Virus record (IMG/VR): IMGVR_UViG_2599185311_000001
Coordinates: 1,978-65,977 of that record
DNA from: a virus
Reading direction: 5' to 3' (one strand)
DNA length: 64,000 nt
Below the pieces are notes generated by a model. The model did no database searches and was not told the DNA's origin. It saw only the letters and a program-made list of their open reading frames with translations. Shown in pieces: positions 63,013 to 64,000 of this stretch; position 1 is the stretch's first letter, and each line of letters starts with the position of its first letter. Both the position numbers and the translations under genes were made by a program.

Positions 63013-63799
63013 TGCCGCCTCCTTGGTACATGTCGTCGGTGTGTTCGGGCAGGTTCGTGTAGGCCTGCGCTTTACCGTTCTTGGCGCCAGCACCCGGCAG
63101 CACCGAGTCGGGATAAATGTCCGACCAGCTGCTGGTGGTGGACTTATCCAGGACGGCGTCGGGGTCTGGATGGTTGGCCAGCTTCTTGGCGATCAGCTCA
63201 CAGGCTCTCAGGGTCAACGGTGCCCGCTTTGCCTTTCGCATTTCACAGAAGTCTGCCCAAGCATTGACGGATGCGTTGGCTGGTTTGGCTGTGAGGGGAT
63301 CGAACTTTTGAGCCTTCCCCTTTCCGACCTTCTGAGGTGCCTTGGCGCCTTCTTTTTGGTTAAGGATGGTTAATGGGTGGTTAAGGGATGGATTGGGTGC
63401 ACCCGGTGCACCCCGTTCGGTCGTGGCGTGCACCCCGTTCTGTTCTGGCGTGCACCCCGTTGCGTCTTCAGGTGCACCCCGTTCGGAGCGGGGTGCATCC
63501 TGTGCACCCCGTGAAAGGTCGAGGTCGTAGCAGACCGGAACACGATCCCGTTGCGTGATATAGGCGGCGGCAACCGCCTGATTTCCGCGCTTTATCAACC
63601 CAATCGACTCCAACTCACGGAGCCGATATTGAACGGTGCGGGGTGCCAGGCCGGTATCAAGCGCAAGGCTGGAAACGGCAGGGAATGCAGCACGACCGGA
63701 CTGGTCGGCATAGTTGGCCAGGCACAACAGCACATGCCGTGTGTGCGAGTCAGTGACAACCTGCTGGGTAAGCGCCCAGGACATAGCTTGAACACTCAT
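62996..63799 (-). CDS. Replication initiator (lambda O-like, N-terminal HTH)
   Basis: MSVQAMSWAL..VLLCLANYAD..FPAVSSLA..GL..RTVQ; internal iterons. Confidence 0.88.
   Translation of the reverse strand: MSVQAMSWALTQQVVTDSHTRHVLLCLANYADQSGRAAFPAVSSLALDTGLAPRTVQYRLRELESIGLIKRGNQAVAAAYITQRDRVPVCYDLDLSRGAQDAPRSERGAPEDATGCTPEQNGVHATTERGAPGAPNPSLNHPLTILNQKEGAKAPQKVGKGKAQKFDPLTAKPANASVNAWADFCEMRKAKRAPLTLRACELIAKKLANHPDPDAVLDKSTTSSWSDIYPDSVLPGAGAKNGKAQAYTNLPEHTDDMYQGGGNGPAF
63397..63511. repeat. Iterons (replication origin) inside the initiator gene
   Basis: GTGCACCCCG at 63406, 63428, 63450 and 63472 (22-bp period) and at 63502; degenerate copies at 63397 and 63493. Confidence 0.85.
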
Positions 63800-64000
63800 A
63801 TGTCCAGCTCCCGCGTTACCCGGCGAACGAAGTCGTCATAGGCCTCGGCCATGGCAACGCCACGGTCCTCCAGCGCAGCTCGGGAAGCCTTCGCCATGCT
63901 GTAGATCTCCCACCGATCGCGCTCAGGCAGATGACGGCAGTTGGAATAGCTAGGCCAGGGGCCGGCGATCACTTCGGAGGTGTTGAACGTAACTACCGGA
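63796..64000 (-). CDS. 3' part of a phage hypothetical gene (5' end outside window)
   Basis: Open frame ..GPWPSYSNCRHLPERDRWEIY..DDFVRRVTRELDI* with stop overlapping the initiator ATG. Confidence 0.7.
   Translation of the reverse strand, partial: PVVTFNTSEVIAGPWPSYSNCRHLPERDRWEIYSMAKASRAALEDRGVAMAEAYDDFVRRVTRELDI

Larger units (their letters stand above)
29695..64000. mobile_element. HK97/lambda-like prophage integrated in mutS (right end outside window)
   Basis: Ordered lysis, lambda-type tail tip, HK97 head, terminase, HNH, Q-like, DnaB/DnaC and initiator genes. Confidence 0.93.

Overview
High-GC Pseudomonas (fluorescens-group-like, inferred from the REP type and the prtR-mutS layout) chromosomal window with three parts. 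(1) 1-28330, minus strand: a capsid-less tailocin locus with a PrtR-like repressor, a structured leader ending in a terminator, a Com-like Zn-ribbon gene, a secreted cargo gene, a holin, and two complete contractile tail modules. One module is P2-like with one fibre; the other is Mu/SfV-like with three tandem fibre genes, the last cut by the window edge. (2) 28400-29700: REP elements, a DUF6124-like gene and the first 18 codons of mutS. (3) ~29695 to beyond 64000: an HK97/lambda-like siphovirus prophage inserted in the 5' end of mutS. Lysis, tail, head, packaging, Q-like and replication genes are visible; integrase and immunity genes lie outside the window. The most striking observation is at the prophage left end: four consecutive plus-strand ORFs encode five divergent excisionase/AlpA-type winged-helix domains with no integrase beside them. 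I propose, as an inference, that this is a poly-excisionase cassette acting on other mobile elements. Also notable: a LexA-boxed operon with an SRAP-like gene, a spanin-like chimeric membrane moron next to an Rz relic, and a one-base frameshift in the prophage tape-measure gene. All family assignments are by-eye motif recognition; no searches were run.
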